NCBI GenBank assembly: GCA_963832165.1
Contig: CAWHTE010000003.1
Location: 735,342 to 799,341 of the forward strand
Reading direction: 5' to 3'
DNA from: an uncultured delta proteobacterium
GTDB taxonomy: Bacteria; Myxococcota_A; UBA9160; SMWR01
DNA: 64,000 nucleotides
Shown: positions 9,119 through 20,140 of the stretch, piece by piece
How the letters are laid out: every line of letters starts with the position of its first letter
Numbering within the stretch: position 1 is the stretch's first letter
The notes under the pieces: model-generated
The model's input: the letters and a program-made list of their open reading frames with translations, nothing else
Database searches by the model: none
What the model was told of the DNA's origin: nothing
Program-made: the position numbers and the translations under genes

Positions 9119-11182
9119 ATGGCATTCCGGATCGGCATCGACGTCGGCGGTACGTTCACCGACTTCATCCTCGCGCTGCCCGACGGTGGGATCGAGCTGT
9201 TCAAGGTACCCACCACGCTCGACGACCAGAGCCGCGGTGTGATGAACGGAATCGAGGCACTCGCCGCCCGGCACGGACTCGACACGCGAGCGTTTCTGGG
9301 CCGCACCGATCTCGTCGTGCACGGCACCACCACCGCCGACAACACGATGATCGAGATGAACGGCGCGAAGACGGGCCTGATCACCACGCAGGGGCACCGC
9401 GACGAGATCGACATCCGGCGCGGCTACAAGGAGAGCATCTGGGATCCGGCGTTCCCGCCGCCCGAGCCGATTGCGCGCCGCCGCCATCGCTTCGGGATCC
9501 CCGAGCGGCTCGATTTCCGCGGCAACGTGGTGACACCGCTCGACGAGGCTGCCGTGCGCGAAGCGGTGCGACGGCTGCGCCGTCAGGGCATCGAGTCGAT
9601 CGCGGTCTGCTTCCTGTTCTCGTTCCTGAACCCCGCTCACGAGCTGCGCGTGCGCGAGATCGTGCGCGAGGAGTATCCCGAGGCACGCATCTCGCTCTCG
9701 CACGAGGTGATGCCGACGGCGCCCGAGTTCGAGCGCACTTCGACCACACTCGTCGACGCGTACGTGGGCCCGAAGCTCTCGCTCTACCTCGATCGCCTCG
9801 AGCGCGCGCTGCGCGACGCGGGCTTCGGCCGCGATCTGCTGATCATGCAGAGCAATGGCGGCATCATGACCGCCGATCAGCTCGCGCGACGCGCGGTCGC
9901 GGCGCTCGGATCGGGCCCGACCGGCGGCGTGATCGGTGCGTGCGCGGTTGCGTCACGCTCCGGCGTGAAGGATTTCATCGCGATCGACATGGGCGGCACG
10001 AGCTACGAGGCCTGCCTCGTGCGCGGCGGCCAGCCCACGATCCGCAGCTTCTGGAACTGGCAGCACCGCTATCTCGTCGGCCTTCCGATGATCGAGATGC
10101 ACTCGATCGGCGCTGGCGGCGGATCGATCGCGATCGTGCAGGCCGGGGCGCTGCGCGTGGGTCCCGAGAGCGCGAAGGCCGATCCCGGCCCGATCTGTTA
10201 TGGGCGCGGCGGCACGAGTCCGACCGTCACCGATGCAAACCTCGTGCTCGGCTACATCAACCCCGAGGCGCTGTGCGGCGGCGAGTTCAAGCTCACGCAG
10301 GCGGGCGTGCGCGAGGCGATTCTCGAGCAGGTCGGGAAGCCGCTCGGGCTCGACGTCGTACAAGCTGCCCACGGCATCTTCCGGATCGTCAACGCGAACA
10401 TGGCGAATGCGATCCGGCGCGTGTCTTCGGAGGCCGGCCACGACCCGCGCGACTTCCACATGGTGGTGTACGGCGGCAACGGTCCGATCCACGCGCCGGT
10501 CCAGGCCGAGGAGCTCGGGATCGAGAAGCTGCTCGTGCCCAAGACGTCGCCCGCGTTCTCCGCGCTGGGCCTGCTGATCGCGGACTACGTGGTGGACCGG
10601 CAGCGCTCCTACATCGCTCCGTCGAGCCGAGCCTCGTCCGAGCGCGTGAACGAGATCTTCGACGAGCTCGAAGCGGAAGCCGAGCGCGAGCTCGCCGCGG
10701 CGGGTCTGTCGCGCGGCGATCTCGTGTTCAACCGCTTCGTGAACCTCTGCTACCCGGGCCAGACCTTCGACATGGCCGTGCCGGCTCGCCTGCACGGCGA
10801 GCGCATGAACGAAGGGGACATGCCGGCCACGGTCACGGCGTTCCATGACCTGCACGAGGAGCTGCACGCCTACGCGGCGCGCGACGAAGAGCCCGTGGTG
10901 CGCTCGGTGCGCGTGCAGACGATCGGGCGCACGGCTCCACTCGCGCTCGGCGAGAGCGCGCTGTCCGACGCTCCGCTCGAGCGCGCGCTGCGCGCTCGGC
11001 GGCCCGCGTACTTCGGCGGCCGCTTCGAGGACACGCCCGTCTACGACGGCGACCGCGTGGGGGCGGGGCACGTGATCCACGGGCCCGCGATCGTCGAGGA
11101 GCGCTTCACCACGATCGTGATCCAGCCCGGCCACCGCGCCGAGCTCGACCGCTTCGGAAACTACGAGATCACACTCGGTTGA
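9119..11182 (+). CDS. Hydantoinase A/oxoprolinase family ATP-binding subunit
   Basis: IGIDVGGTFTD, HGTT, SGPTGG, DMGGTS, GAGGGSIA, GPESAKADPGP. Confidence 0.93.
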   Translation: MAFRIGIDVGGTFTDFILALPDGGIELFKVPTTLDDQSRGVMNGIEALAARHGLDTRAFLGRTDLVVHGTTTADNTMIEMNGAKTGLITTQGHRDEIDIRRGYKESIWDPAFPPPEPIARRRHRFGIPERLDFRGNVVTPLDEAAVREAVRRLRRQGIESIAVCFLFSFLNPAHELRVREIVREEYPEARISLSHEVMPTAPEFERTSTTLVDAYVGPKLSLYLDRLERALRDAGFGRDLLIMQSNGGIMTADQLARRAVAALGSGPTGGVIGACAVASRSGVKDFIAIDMGGTSYEACLVRGGQPTIRSFWNWQHRYLVGLPMIEMHSIGAGGGSIAIVQAGALRVGPESAKADPGPICYGRGGTSPTVTDANLVLGYINPEALCGGEFKLTQAGVREAILEQVGKPLGLDVVQAAHGIFRIVNANMANAIRRVSSEAGHDPRDFHMVVYGGNGPIHAPVQAEELGIEKLLVPKTSPAFSALGLLIADYVVDRQRSYIAPSSRASSERVNEIFDELEAEAERELAAAGLSRGDLVFNRFVNLCYPGQTFDMAVPARLHGERMNEGDMPATVTAFHDLHEELHAYAARDEEPVVRSVRVQTIGRTAPLALGESALSDAPLERALRARRPAYFGGRFEDTPVYDGDRVGAGHVIHGPAIVEERFTTIVIQPGHRAELDRFGNYEITLG

Positions 11183-11193
11183 GGAGGAGAGCG

Positions 11194-12369
11194 GTGGCCC
11201 AGCCCAAGGTACGTGCCGACGGCATGATCGAGCTCGACACCAGCGACGTCGACCGCTGGATCGGCAAGCCGCTCGGCGGCGCCCGGCTCCTCGAGCCGAT
11301 CCATACGAACGACGTCCGGCGCTGGGCCCAGGGCATGGCGAACCCGAACCCGCTCTATTTCGACGAGGAATACGCGGCGGGCAGTCGCTTCGGTCGGATC
11401 ATCGCGCCGCAGTCGTTCGGCGTGTGCACCGACACGAGCCACGGCGCAGGCCCGGCGATCCAGGGCGTGATCCCGGGCCAGCACATGATCTTCGGCGGCG
11501 ATGAGTGGTGGTTCTTCGGCGGCCGGATCGAGCCCGGCGACGCGATCCGCCACGACCGGATGCTGTTCGACTACAAGGTGTCCGAGACCAAGTTCGCGGG
11601 TCCTACGATGTTCTCGCGCGGCGACACCACCTACATCAATCAGCGCGGCGAGGTGGTCTGCAAGCAGCGCTCCACCTCCGTGCGCTACCTCGTCGAGAAC
11701 GCGCACAAGCTCGACATGTTCAAGAACAACGTGCCGCGCACCTGGAGCGATCAGGAGATCCAGGATCTCGAGAAGCAGAAGCTCGAGTACTACCGGAGCT
11801 TCCTCGACCTCGGGCACGAGAAGCGGCTGTTCGTGAAGGTGGGGGACAAGCTCGCCACGCGTCCGATCGGGCCGCACACCATCGCGACGTTCACCACCGA
11901 GTGGCGCGCGTACCTGATGACGGTGTGGGGAGCCTCGCGCGAGTACGGCGAGACCTCCACGCTCGAAGCGGGCTGGCTGCCCGAGATGGCGCGCGATCGC
12001 GAAGGCGCGAAGATCGACCCGACGAACGCCGACGGGCTCTACAAGGGGCCGTCGCGCGGGCACGTTCAGACGCGCTATGCGCAGCTGATCGGCATGCCGC
12101 GCGAGTACGGTTACGGCGCGTCGATGGGGGCCTGGATCATCGACTACCTCACGAACTGGTGCGGGGAGTGGGGCTACATCCTGCACAGCAACATGCAGTA
12201 CCGCGCTCCCGCATTCTCGGGTGACGTGACCTTCCTGAACGGAGAGGTGATCGCGCTCGACCACGACCGCTCCGCAGGGCCGATTGCCACGGTGAAGGTC
12301 GTGATGACCAACCAGGACGGCACCGTGATGGCACAGGGCAAGGCCGAGATCGAGCTTCCCACCCCGTGA
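11194..12369 (+). CDS. Tandem hot-dog (MaoC/FAS1-like dehydratase) protein, copy 1
   Basis: NPNPLYFDEEYAAGSRFGRIIAPQSF (MaoC N-terminal type), then a second hot-dog domain ending TNQDG...AEIELP. Confidence 0.8.
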   Translation: MAQPKVRADGMIELDTSDVDRWIGKPLGGARLLEPIHTNDVRRWAQGMANPNPLYFDEEYAAGSRFGRIIAPQSFGVCTDTSHGAGPAIQGVIPGQHMIFGGDEWWFFGGRIEPGDAIRHDRMLFDYKVSETKFAGPTMFSRGDTTYINQRGEVVCKQRSTSVRYLVENAHKLDMFKNNVPRTWSDQEIQDLEKQKLEYYRSFLDLGHEKRLFVKVGDKLATRPIGPHTIATFTTEWRAYLMTVWGASREYGETSTLEAGWLPEMARDREGAKIDPTNADGLYKGPSRGHVQTRYAQLIGMPREYGYGASMGAWIIDYLTNWCGEWGYILHSNMQYRAPAFSGDVTFLNGEVIALDHDRSAGPIATVKVVMTNQDGTVMAQGKAEIELPTP

Positions 12370-12411
12370 CCGGACCTGCTTCGCAGGGCCTCGCGTGACC
12401 GGATCTGCTGC

Positions 12412-14082
12412 ATGAGCGGCCCCGCGCCGTCTGATCCGCGCCTCACGTTCGCGCGCTTTCTCGCCGACGCGGCGGAGCTGCATCGCGATCGCATTGCGGT
12501 CGTCTCGGACGGCGCGTCGCTCACGTACGGCGAGGTCGAAGCGAGCGTGCGCGAGCTCGCACGCGCGTTGATCGGCGCGGGTGTGGCCAAAGGCGAGCGC
12601 GTCGCGATCTGGATGGCGAACAGCCCCGAGTGGATCGTCACGGCCTACGCGGTCGAGAGCGTCGGCGGCGTCGCCGTGCCGCTGAACACGTTCGCGAGCT
12701 CCGCCGAACGCGACCACATCCTGCGCCACAGCGACTCGTCGCTCCTGCTGCTGCAGCCTGCGCTCGCCAAGCACCGCTTCCTCGAGGATCTCCTGCGCGA
12801 CCACCCGGATCTCGCGAACGGGAAGCCGGGGAGACTGCGGATCTCCGCGCTGCCCCAGCTGCGCCGCGTCGTCTGTCTCGGGCTCGACGCTGCGCGCGGT
12901 GGGGTGGAGACCTGGAGTGACCTGCTCGCGCACGCGCGGGAGATCTCCGACGCACTGCTCGACGCAGTGTCCGCCGAGGTCGAGCCCACCGATGACGGGC
13001 TGATCATCTACACGTCGGGCACCACGGCGAAGCCGAAGGGTGTGCTGCATACCCAGCGCACGGCCGTGCTCCAGAGCCACCGCTTCGCGGACTTCATGCG
13101 GTTCACGCCGGACGACCGCCTCTACACCACGTATCCGTTCTTCTGGACGGCCGGGATCGCGATGTCGATCGGCGGCTCGTTCGCTGCGGGCGCGCGTCTG
13201 CTCGTGCAGGAGATGTTCGAGCCCGGCGCCGCACTCGGAATGATGGAGCGCGAGCGCGCCACGTCGCTGCACGCGTGGCCGCACCAGCACACTTCGCTCG
13301 CCGAGCATCCGAGCGCCGCGGGTCGCGACCTGTCGAGTCTCGAGAAGCTCGACTCGCACTCGCCCGTGGCGAAGCTCGCGGGCATCGAGAAGGACGTCTA
13401 CGGCGTGGGCGCGTCGTACGGGCTCTCCGAGACGTTCACGATCTGCAGCGGGATTCCCGCCGACTCGCCGGCCGAGCAGCGCAAGGCGTGCAACGGAGTC
13501 CCGTGGCCCGGCATCTCCCTGCGCATCGTGGACCCGGTCACCGGCGCACCGCTTCCCACGGGCGTGCCCGGCGAGATCGCGGTGAAGGGCGTGACGCTGA
13601 TGCGCGGCTACTACAAGGTCGCGCCCGAGCACGTGTTCGATGCAGACGGGTACTTCCACACCCAGGACGGCGGATCGCTCGACGCCGATGGCTTTCTGCA
13701 TTGGACGGGGCGGCTCTCGAACCTGATCAAGACCGGCGGTGCGAACGTCTCGCCTGTCGAGATCCAGGAGCTGCTCGAAAGTCATCCGGGGCTCAAGGTC
13801 GGCATCCCCGTCGGCCTCGAGCATCCCACGCTCGGCGAGGCGCTGATCCTGTGCGCCGTGAAGACCGAGGGGGCCGCGGTCGACGAGGAATCGCTGCGCG
13901 CATGGCTGCGCGAACGACTCGCAGCCTACAAGGTGCCGCGCCGCGTGCTCTTCTTCCGCGCCGACGAGCTCTCGTATACCGGCAACCAGAAGATCCAGGT
14001 GGAGCCGCTCAAGCAGGCGGCACTCCAGCGGCTGCGCGAAGAGCGCGCGGAGATCCATGGCTATCGCTACGAACCGGCCTAG
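12412..14082 (+). CDS. Class I adenylate-forming enzyme (acyl-CoA ligase)
   Basis: YTSGTTAKPKG, YGLSET, FHTQD, YKVPR, terminal catalytic Lys (GNQKI). Confidence 0.9.
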   Translation: MSGPAPSDPRLTFARFLADAAELHRDRIAVVSDGASLTYGEVEASVRELARALIGAGVAKGERVAIWMANSPEWIVTAYAVESVGGVAVPLNTFASSAERDHILRHSDSSLLLLQPALAKHRFLEDLLRDHPDLANGKPGRLRISALPQLRRVVCLGLDAARGGVETWSDLLAHAREISDALLDAVSAEVEPTDDGLIIYTSGTTAKPKGVLHTQRTAVLQSHRFADFMRFTPDDRLYTTYPFFWTAGIAMSIGGSFAAGARLLVQEMFEPGAALGMMERERATSLHAWPHQHTSLAEHPSAAGRDLSSLEKLDSHSPVAKLAGIEKDVYGVGASYGLSETFTICSGIPADSPAEQRKACNGVPWPGISLRIVDPVTGAPLPTGVPGEIAVKGVTLMRGYYKVAPEHVFDADGYFHTQDGGSLDADGFLHWTGRLSNLIKTGGANVSPVEIQELLESHPGLKVGIPVGLEHPTLGEALILCAVKTEGAAVDEESLRAWLRERLAAYKVPRRVLFFRADELSYTGNQKIQVEPLKQAALQRLREERAEIHGYRYEPA

Positions 14083-14106
14083 CACCCGCCGCAGGGACTG
14101 CTGACG

Positions 14107-15334
14107 ATGATTCCCGACATCGATGCGAACGATCTCGTCGATCCCGAGCTCTACGCGCGCGACGGTTATCCCCATGCGGTGTGGACGCGTCTGCGCGCCG
14201 AGGCGCCCGTGACGTATCTCGCGCCGACCGGGTACGTGCCGTTCTGGGCGATCACGAAGCACGCCGACATCGTGCAGATCTCGAGGAAGCCGCTGCGATT
14301 CTCGAGTGCGCAGGGGATCCAGCTGCGCCGCACCGAGGAGAGGGTGTTCCCGTCGGAGATGGTGGTCATGCTCGATCCCCCGCGGCACGGCCCGATGCGC
14401 CGCGTCGCGAACGTGCGCTTCACGCCGCCTTCGGTACGCGCGCGGCGCGCCGAGATCGAGCGCATCGCCGTCGAGATCCTCGACGCGGCGGCGCCGGCGG
14501 GCAGCTCGGGCGAGCTCGACTTCGTCGATCGCATTGCCGCTCCGTTCCCGCTCGCGGTGATCGCGTGCGTTCTCGGCGTGCCGCGCGACGACTGGGATCT
14601 CCTGTACCGCTGGAGCAACGAGGTGATCGGAAAGGAGGATCCAGAGTACCAGCAGCCCGGGGAGACGCCCGCTCAGACTGCGAGGCGCGCGCGCGGCGAG
14701 CTGTACACCTACTTCGATCGTCTGGTCGACCAGCGCCGGAGCCACCTCGAGGACGATCTCGTAAGCGAGCTGATCCGCGGCCAGGTCGACGGGAGCGCCA
14801 CTGACCCAGGAGCAGCTCATCTACTACTGCGAGCTCCTGATCGAGGCGGGAAACGAGACCACGCGCAATGCGATCAGCGGGGGACTGCTCGCGTTCTGCG
14901 AGCACCGCGGTGAGTGGGAGAAGCTGCGCGGCCGCCCCGAGCTGCTCTCCGACGCCGTGGAGGAGATCCTGCGCTGGGTCAGCCCGATCAGCCACTTCAC
15001 GCGCACCGCCACCGAGGACTGCGAGGTGCGCGGTGAGAAGATCCGGGCCGGCGACATGCTCGCGCTGTATTTCGCGTCCGCTAACCGCGACGAAGAGGTG
15101 TTCGAGGACCCGTTCGCATTCCGCATCGATCGCCGGCCGAACCCGCATCTCACGTTCGGATTCGGTGAGCACTTCTGCATGGGCGCGCACCTCGCGCGCG
15201 TCGAGCTCGAGATCATCTTCCGCCTGCTGCTCGATCGGCTCGAGTCGTTCGAGGTGTCGGGACGCGTGGAGCGCCTGAGCTCGATCATCAACGGAAGCAT
15301 CAAACACCTGCCGCTGCGCTACCGCCTGGCGTAG
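14107..15334 (+). CDS. Cytochrome P450 (one frameshift near 14791)
   Basis: DPPRH. Removing one G from ggg at 14791-14793 restores AGNETT, EEILR and FGFGEHFCMG in one frame. Confidence 0.88.
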
Positions 15335-15354
15335 TGCGCCGCGAGAGGGGGCCC

Positions 15355-17016
15355 ATGTCGGCCGAGATCGTGATTCGCGGGGGGACGGTATTCGACGGCA
15401 GCGGGGCGCCCGGTCGCGTTGCCGACGTGGCGATCGCGGAAGGCGTGATCCGGGAGATCGGACCGAATCTGCGCGGGAAGCGCGAGCTGGATGCCTCGGG
15501 CTGTGCCGTTGCGCCCGGCTTCATCGACATCCACACGCACTACGACGCGCAGGTGTTCTGGGATCCGGCGCTTCAGCCGTCCTGCTTTCACGGCGTCACG
15601 ACCGTCGTGGCTGGCAACTGCGGCTTCACGATCGCACCGACGCGCCCCGAGCATCGCGATGTCATCGTGCGCACACTCGAGAACGTCGAGGACATGGATC
15701 CCGCGACGCTGACCGCGGGAATCGTCTGGGAGTTCGAGACGTTTCCCGAGTACCTGGAGCTGGTGCGCCGACGCGGCACCCTGCTCAACTTCACGGCCTA
15801 CATCGGACACTCCGCACTGCGGCTCTACGTGATGGGGGATGCGGCGTACGAGCGCGCGGCCACGCCCGAGGAGATCGCGCGCATGTGCGAGCTCGTGCGC
15901 GAGGGGCTCGAAGCGGGCGCGGCCGGATTCTCGACGAGCTTCTCGTTCGCTCACCGCGGTATCGACGGCAAGCCCGTGCCGAGCCGATTCGCCGAGCGCG
16001 ACGAGGTCGAGGCGCTGTTCATGGCGGTGGGAAAGGCGGGCAGGGGTGTCGTGCTCGCCACCCCGGGCGAGCAGTGCAGCTACCCCGACTTCTATGAGCT
16101 CCAGGCGCTCATCGGGCGGCCGGTCACCTGGCCGCTGTTCGCGGCCCCGGGCGGGGCGCATCGCAAGCAGCTCGAGATTCACGCGGAGAGCCTGGCTCGC
16201 AACGCGAACGTCTGGCCGCAGGTGACACCGCGTCCGCTCACCATGCAGTTCACACTCGCCGACGCGTACAACCTCAACGTGGGAACGGTGTTCGGGGAGC
16301 TCTTGAAGGTGAGCCGCGAGGTGCGCCTGGCCGCGTACCGCGACCCCGCGTGGCGGGCTCACGCGGCCGCGGATCTGGAGCGCGTGCCGATGAGGCCGCG
16401 CTGGGAGACGTTCGAGGTATCCGAAACCCGGAAGTTCCCCGAGCTGCAGGGGCGCCGCGTGGCGGACCTCGCGCGTGAGCGCGGGTGCAGTCCGCTCGAC
16501 GTGATGTGCGAGATCGCGCTCGGCGAGGACCTCGAGACCCGTTTCCGCGCCTACATTGCGAATGATGACGTCGAGGCCGTCAGCACGCTGCTCAATCACG
16601 ATCGCGTGGTGCTGGGGCTCTCCGACGCGGGTGCGCACGTCGATCAGCTGTGTGATGCGCCACTGGCCACCGACCTGCTGGGCAAGTGGGTGCGCGAAAG
16701 AAGCCTGATGCCGCTCGAGAAAGCGGTGCGCAAGCTCACCGGCGAGGCGGCCGACCTGTTCGGCTTCGCGCGCCGCGGCTATCTGCGGGAAGGCTGCTGG
16801 GCCGACGTGTGTGTGTTCGATCCGCTCACGGTGGATCCGGGCCCGCTGCGTCGCGTGCGCGACTTTCCGGCGGACGCCGAGCGACTCACGGCCGAGGAGC
16901 CGCGCGGCGTGCGCCACGTGCTCGTCAACGGCACGCCGATCCGTCTCGACGAACGCTCGCTGATCGACTCGCTCGAAGAGCGGCCGGGGATGCGGCCCGA
17001 GACCGCGAGCACCTAG
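15355..17016 (+). CDS. N-acyl-D-amino-acid deacylase family amidohydrolase
   Basis: PGFIDIHTHYD, GNCG, SDAGAH, ADVCVFDP. Confidence 0.9.
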   Translation: MSAEIVIRGGTVFDGSGAPGRVADVAIAEGVIREIGPNLRGKRELDASGCAVAPGFIDIHTHYDAQVFWDPALQPSCFHGVTTVVAGNCGFTIAPTRPEHRDVIVRTLENVEDMDPATLTAGIVWEFETFPEYLELVRRRGTLLNFTAYIGHSALRLYVMGDAAYERAATPEEIARMCELVREGLEAGAAGFSTSFSFAHRGIDGKPVPSRFAERDEVEALFMAVGKAGRGVVLATPGEQCSYPDFYELQALIGRPVTWPLFAAPGGAHRKQLEIHAESLARNANVWPQVTPRPLTMQFTLADAYNLNVGTVFGELLKVSREVRLAAYRDPAWRAHAAADLERVPMRPRWETFEVSETRKFPELQGRRVADLARERGCSPLDVMCEIALGEDLETRFRAYIANDDVEAVSTLLNHDRVVLGLSDAGAHVDQLCDAPLATDLLGKWVRERSLMPLEKAVRKLTGEAADLFGFARRGYLREGCWADVCVFDPLTVDPGPLRRVRDFPADAERLTAEEPRGVRHVLVNGTPIRLDERSLIDSLEERPGMRPETAST

Positions 17017-17018
17017 GA

Positions 17019-17038
17019 GGCCGACTCGAGAGTCGGCC
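17019..17038. terminator. Hairpin between convergent genes
   Basis: ggccgact-cgag-agtcggcc; no U-tract. Confidence 0.35.
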
Positions 17039-17073
17039 GACGATCAGCGAGGCGAAGCCGAGCGGTCAACGGG

Positions 17074-18276
17074 CTAGACCGCGTCTCCCCCCGCCGAACC
17101 CGATGCGGGCTTCGTCGGTGCGGCCGACAGCCCGAGCCCCTCGAGCACTTCGCGCGTGTGGGCGCCGAGCTCGGGAGCGGGCCCCGCGACGCGGCCCGGC
17201 GTGCGGGAGAACCAGGTCGGCACGCCCGGAAAGCGCACCGGGCCTAGCGACGTTTCGACGGTCTCGAACAAGCCGACCGCGTTCAGGTGGGGATTGTCGA
17301 ACAGCTCGTCCGGGGTGCGCAGCGGCGCCGCGGGCACGTCGAGGGCCCGGAACAGGTCGAGCCATTCCTGGGTCGTGCGTTCCTTCATGGTGTCGGCCAC
17401 GAGCGCGTACACCGTGTCGATCTGGCGCGCCCGCTGCTCGAGCGTCGCGAAGCGGTCGTCCGCCCAGGCCGGGCGCACGGCGCCGACGAACGCGGACCAC
17501 TGCTTGTCGTTGTAGATCAGCGCGGCGATCTGGCCGTCCTTCGTGCGGTAGGGCCGGCGGTTCGGTGCGACCGCGCGCGGGTAGACTGCGGGGCCCAGGG
17601 GCGGATCGAACATCGCGCCGTTGGCGTGCTCGACCAGCATGAACGAGGCCATGGTCTCGAACATGCTGACCTCCACCTCCTGGCCTTCTCCGGTCCGCTC
17701 GCGGTGGAACAGCGCCATCATCGTGGCGTAGAGCGCCGTGAGCCCCGCGACCTTGTCGGCCATGATCGTGCCGACGTAGCTCGCCTCGCCCGTCAACATC
17801 TGCTGGACCACCGGCAGTCCGCACTCCGCCTGGATCGTGTCGTCGTAGGCGGTCAGATCCCGGTCGGGGCCGCGCCGACCGTAGCCGTAGCAGTTGGTGT
17901 AGATGATCGCGGGATTGATCGCGGCGACGTCTTCGTAGCCGAAGCCGAGCTTCACGATCGCCTTGGACCGCATCGAGTGGATGAAGACGTCCGCGCGCGC
18001 GACGAGTCCGCGCAGCGCGGTCTTGCCGGCGTCGGAGCGCAGATCGAGGACGACACTGCGCTTGCCGCGGTTCACGTTCACGAAGACGCCGCTCATCCCG
18101 GGCGCCGGCCCGATCGAGACGTAGCGGGTCGTGTCGCCGTCGGGCGGCTCGATCTTGATCACGTCGGCGCCCATGTCGGCCATGATCTGGGTGCAGTACG
18201 GCCCCATCACCATCGCGGTGAGGTCGACCACGCACACGCCCGACAGCGGGCCCGAGGCCTTTGCGGGATTCCCCAT
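17074..18276 (-). CDS. CaiB/BaiF family III CoA transferase
   Basis: GPLSGVCVVDL, DMGADVIKIEPP, NRGKRS, AYD, APELGAHT; RBS aggag. Confidence 0.92.
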   Translation of the reverse strand: MGNPAKASGPLSGVCVVDLTAMVMGPYCTQIMADMGADVIKIEPPDGDTTRYVSIGPAPGMSGVFVNVNRGKRSVVLDLRSDAGKTALRGLVARADVFIHSMRSKAIVKLGFGYEDVAAINPAIIYTNCYGYGRRGPDRDLTAYDDTIQAECGLPVVQQMLTGEASYVGTIMADKVAGLTALYATMMALFHRERTGEGQEVEVSMFETMASFMLVEHANGAMFDPPLGPAVYPRAVAPNRRPYRTKDGQIAALIYNDKQWSAFVGAVRPAWADDRFATLEQRARQIDTVYALVADTMKERTTQEWLDLFRALDVPAAPLRTPDELFDNPHLNAVGLFETVETSLGPVRFPGVPTWFSRTPGRVAGPAPELGAHTREVLEGLGLSAAPTKPASGSAGGDAV

Positions 18277-18389
18277 CGATTTCGTCTCCTTCCGCTGGAC
18301 CGCAACTACCACAATCGGCGTCGTTGCCGCGATGGCCGATGGCTGCGTAGACTGGGCGACGAACCACTTCACCGGCGGCGGCTCCAACC

Positions 18390-19556
18390 ATGGATTTCTC
18401 GCTCTCGACCGATCAGCAGAACATCAGGGAAGCCATCCTGAAGCACTGTTCCCGGTTCCCGGACGACTATTGGCTGGAGCGCGATCGGGAGGGCGTCTTC
18501 CCGCGCGAATTCTACAAGTCTCTGGTCGATGGGGGTTGGCTCGGAATCGCGATGCCGGTCGAGTTCGGGGGCTCGGGACTCGGCATCACCGAGGCGGCGG
18601 TGATGATGCAGGCGATCGCCGAGTCGGGCGCCGGGATGAGCGGCGCGTCGAGCATACACATGCCGGTGTTCAGCCTGCAGCCCATCGTGATGTTCGGCAC
18701 CCAGCAGCAGAAGGAGCGGATCCTGCCGCGCGTCATGCGCGGCGAGGACCAGGTCTGCTTCGCCGTCACCGAGGCCAATGCGGGGCTCAACACGACGGAG
18801 CTCAAGACCTTCGCGGAGCGGCGCGAGGGGGGCTACCTCGTGAACGGGGAGAAGATCTGGATCTCCACGGCGCAGGTCGCCAACAAGATGCTGCTGCTCG
18901 CGCGCACCACGCCGCTCGAGAAGGTCGAACGCAAGACCCAGGGGCTCTCGCTGTTCTACACGAGTCTCGATCGGACCAAGATCGACGTGCGCCTGATCCA
19001 CAAGATGGGGCGCCACGCCGTGGATTCGAACGAGCTCTTCATCGAGAACCTGTGGGTCCCGGAGGACGATCGGATCGGACCGGAAGGCGAGGGCTTCAAG
19101 CTGATCCTGCACGGCCTCAACCCCGAGCGGATCCTGATCGGGGCCGAGGCGGTCGGCATCGGCCGCGTGGCGATCGCAAAGGCCGCCCGCTACGCGCGCG
19201 AGCGAATCGTGTTCAATCGGCCGATCGGCATGAACCAGGGCATCCAGCATCCGCTCGCAAAGTGCTGGGCCCAGCTCGAGGCGGCCAATCTGATGGTGAT
19301 GAAGGCCGCAACGCTGTTCGACCAGGGCCTCGAGTGCGGTGTCGAGGCCAATGCCGGAAAGTATCTCGCGGCCGAGTACGCGTTCGAGGCCTGTCACACC
19401 GCGATGCTCACGCTGGGCGGCATGGGCTATGCGCAGGAATATCACGTCGAGCGCTACCTGCGCGAATGCCTGATCCCGAGGACGGCGCCGATCAGCCCGC
19501 ACATGATCCTGAACTTCCTGGCCGAGAAGGTCCTCGGGCTGCCCAAGTCGTACTGA
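18390..19556 (+). CDS. Acyl-CoA dehydrogenase
   Basis: FAVTEANAG, NGEKIWIS, LNPERI, LGGMGY. Confidence 0.92.
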   Translation: MDFSLSTDQQNIREAILKHCSRFPDDYWLERDREGVFPREFYKSLVDGGWLGIAMPVEFGGSGLGITEAAVMMQAIAESGAGMSGASSIHMPVFSLQPIVMFGTQQQKERILPRVMRGEDQVCFAVTEANAGLNTTELKTFAERREGGYLVNGEKIWISTAQVANKMLLLARTTPLEKVERKTQGLSLFYTSLDRTKIDVRLIHKMGRHAVDSNELFIENLWVPEDDRIGPEGEGFKLILHGLNPERILIGAEAVGIGRVAIAKAARYARERIVFNRPIGMNQGIQHPLAKCWAQLEAANLMVMKAATLFDQGLECGVEANAGKYLAAEYAFEACHTAMLTLGGMGYAQEYHVERYLRECLIPRTAPISPHMILNFLAEKVLGLPKSY

Positions 19557-19579
19557 CGGACTGACGCGCCCCTTCGGCG

Positions 19580-20138
19580 CTAGGTGCGAGCTGGGCCACC
19601 GGGAATGCGTTTCATCCGCAGGTTGGTGAGCGGCCGTCGGTAGGAAGGGTCGTCCGCGTTGCGCGACGGAGCGCCGTTGAGATGAATGTCGGGCACGTCC
19701 GCGAACGGAATCGGCAGCGTCGGGGCCATGCCCGACCATTCGATTGCGTTGGTGCGCAGTGCGATCTTCCACGCCCCGAGGCGTCGCTCCAGCCGGTCGA
19801 TATAGCGGCCGCCCGCGAGCCAGTTGGTCTCGTCCCGGTTGCGCCCGACGAACAGGTAGTAGGTCTCGGTGTGGGCGACGTCGCCGTCGATGTCGCAGCT
19901 GTGGTTCAAGCAGATTGTGGTGCGTGGACGATTGCCCCTGCTCGTGTAGCTCGGACGCCCACTCGTAGAGCTCGCTGGGACCCCCCACGAAATCGCCCGC
20001 GGCGATCACGGCGTCGGAGTGGAACGCAGAGAGGAAGAGCTCGCGGTCGAATCGATCCATTCCCCTGCTGAACCGGATCAGGCAATCGAGAATTTCCTGC
20101 CGGTGGAGCAGATGCTCGAGCGCGGCCGTTCTGCTCAT
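19580..20138 (-). CDS. SnoaL/NTF2-like protein (one frameshift near 19910)
   Basis: RQEILDCLIRFSRGMDRFD...THHNLL, then NHSCDIDGDVAHTETY...GGRYIDRLERR in the next frame. Confidence 0.8.
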
Positions 20139-20140
20139 GG

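Noticed and set aside
7322..11182. Acetone or acetophenone carboxylase
   Set aside because: No gamma or other accessory subunits nearby. Not excluded, but less likely than a lactam hydrolase.
11161..14820. 1219-aa minus-strand ORF and similar long antisense ORFs
   Set aside because: Shadow frames of real plus-strand genes in high-GC DNA, with no recognisable motifs.
14830..14870. Glu in the P450 I-helix (EAGNETT) as a CYP4-type covalent heme link
   Set aside because: The Glu is one residue before the position used in CYP4 (EGxDTT), so there is no support.
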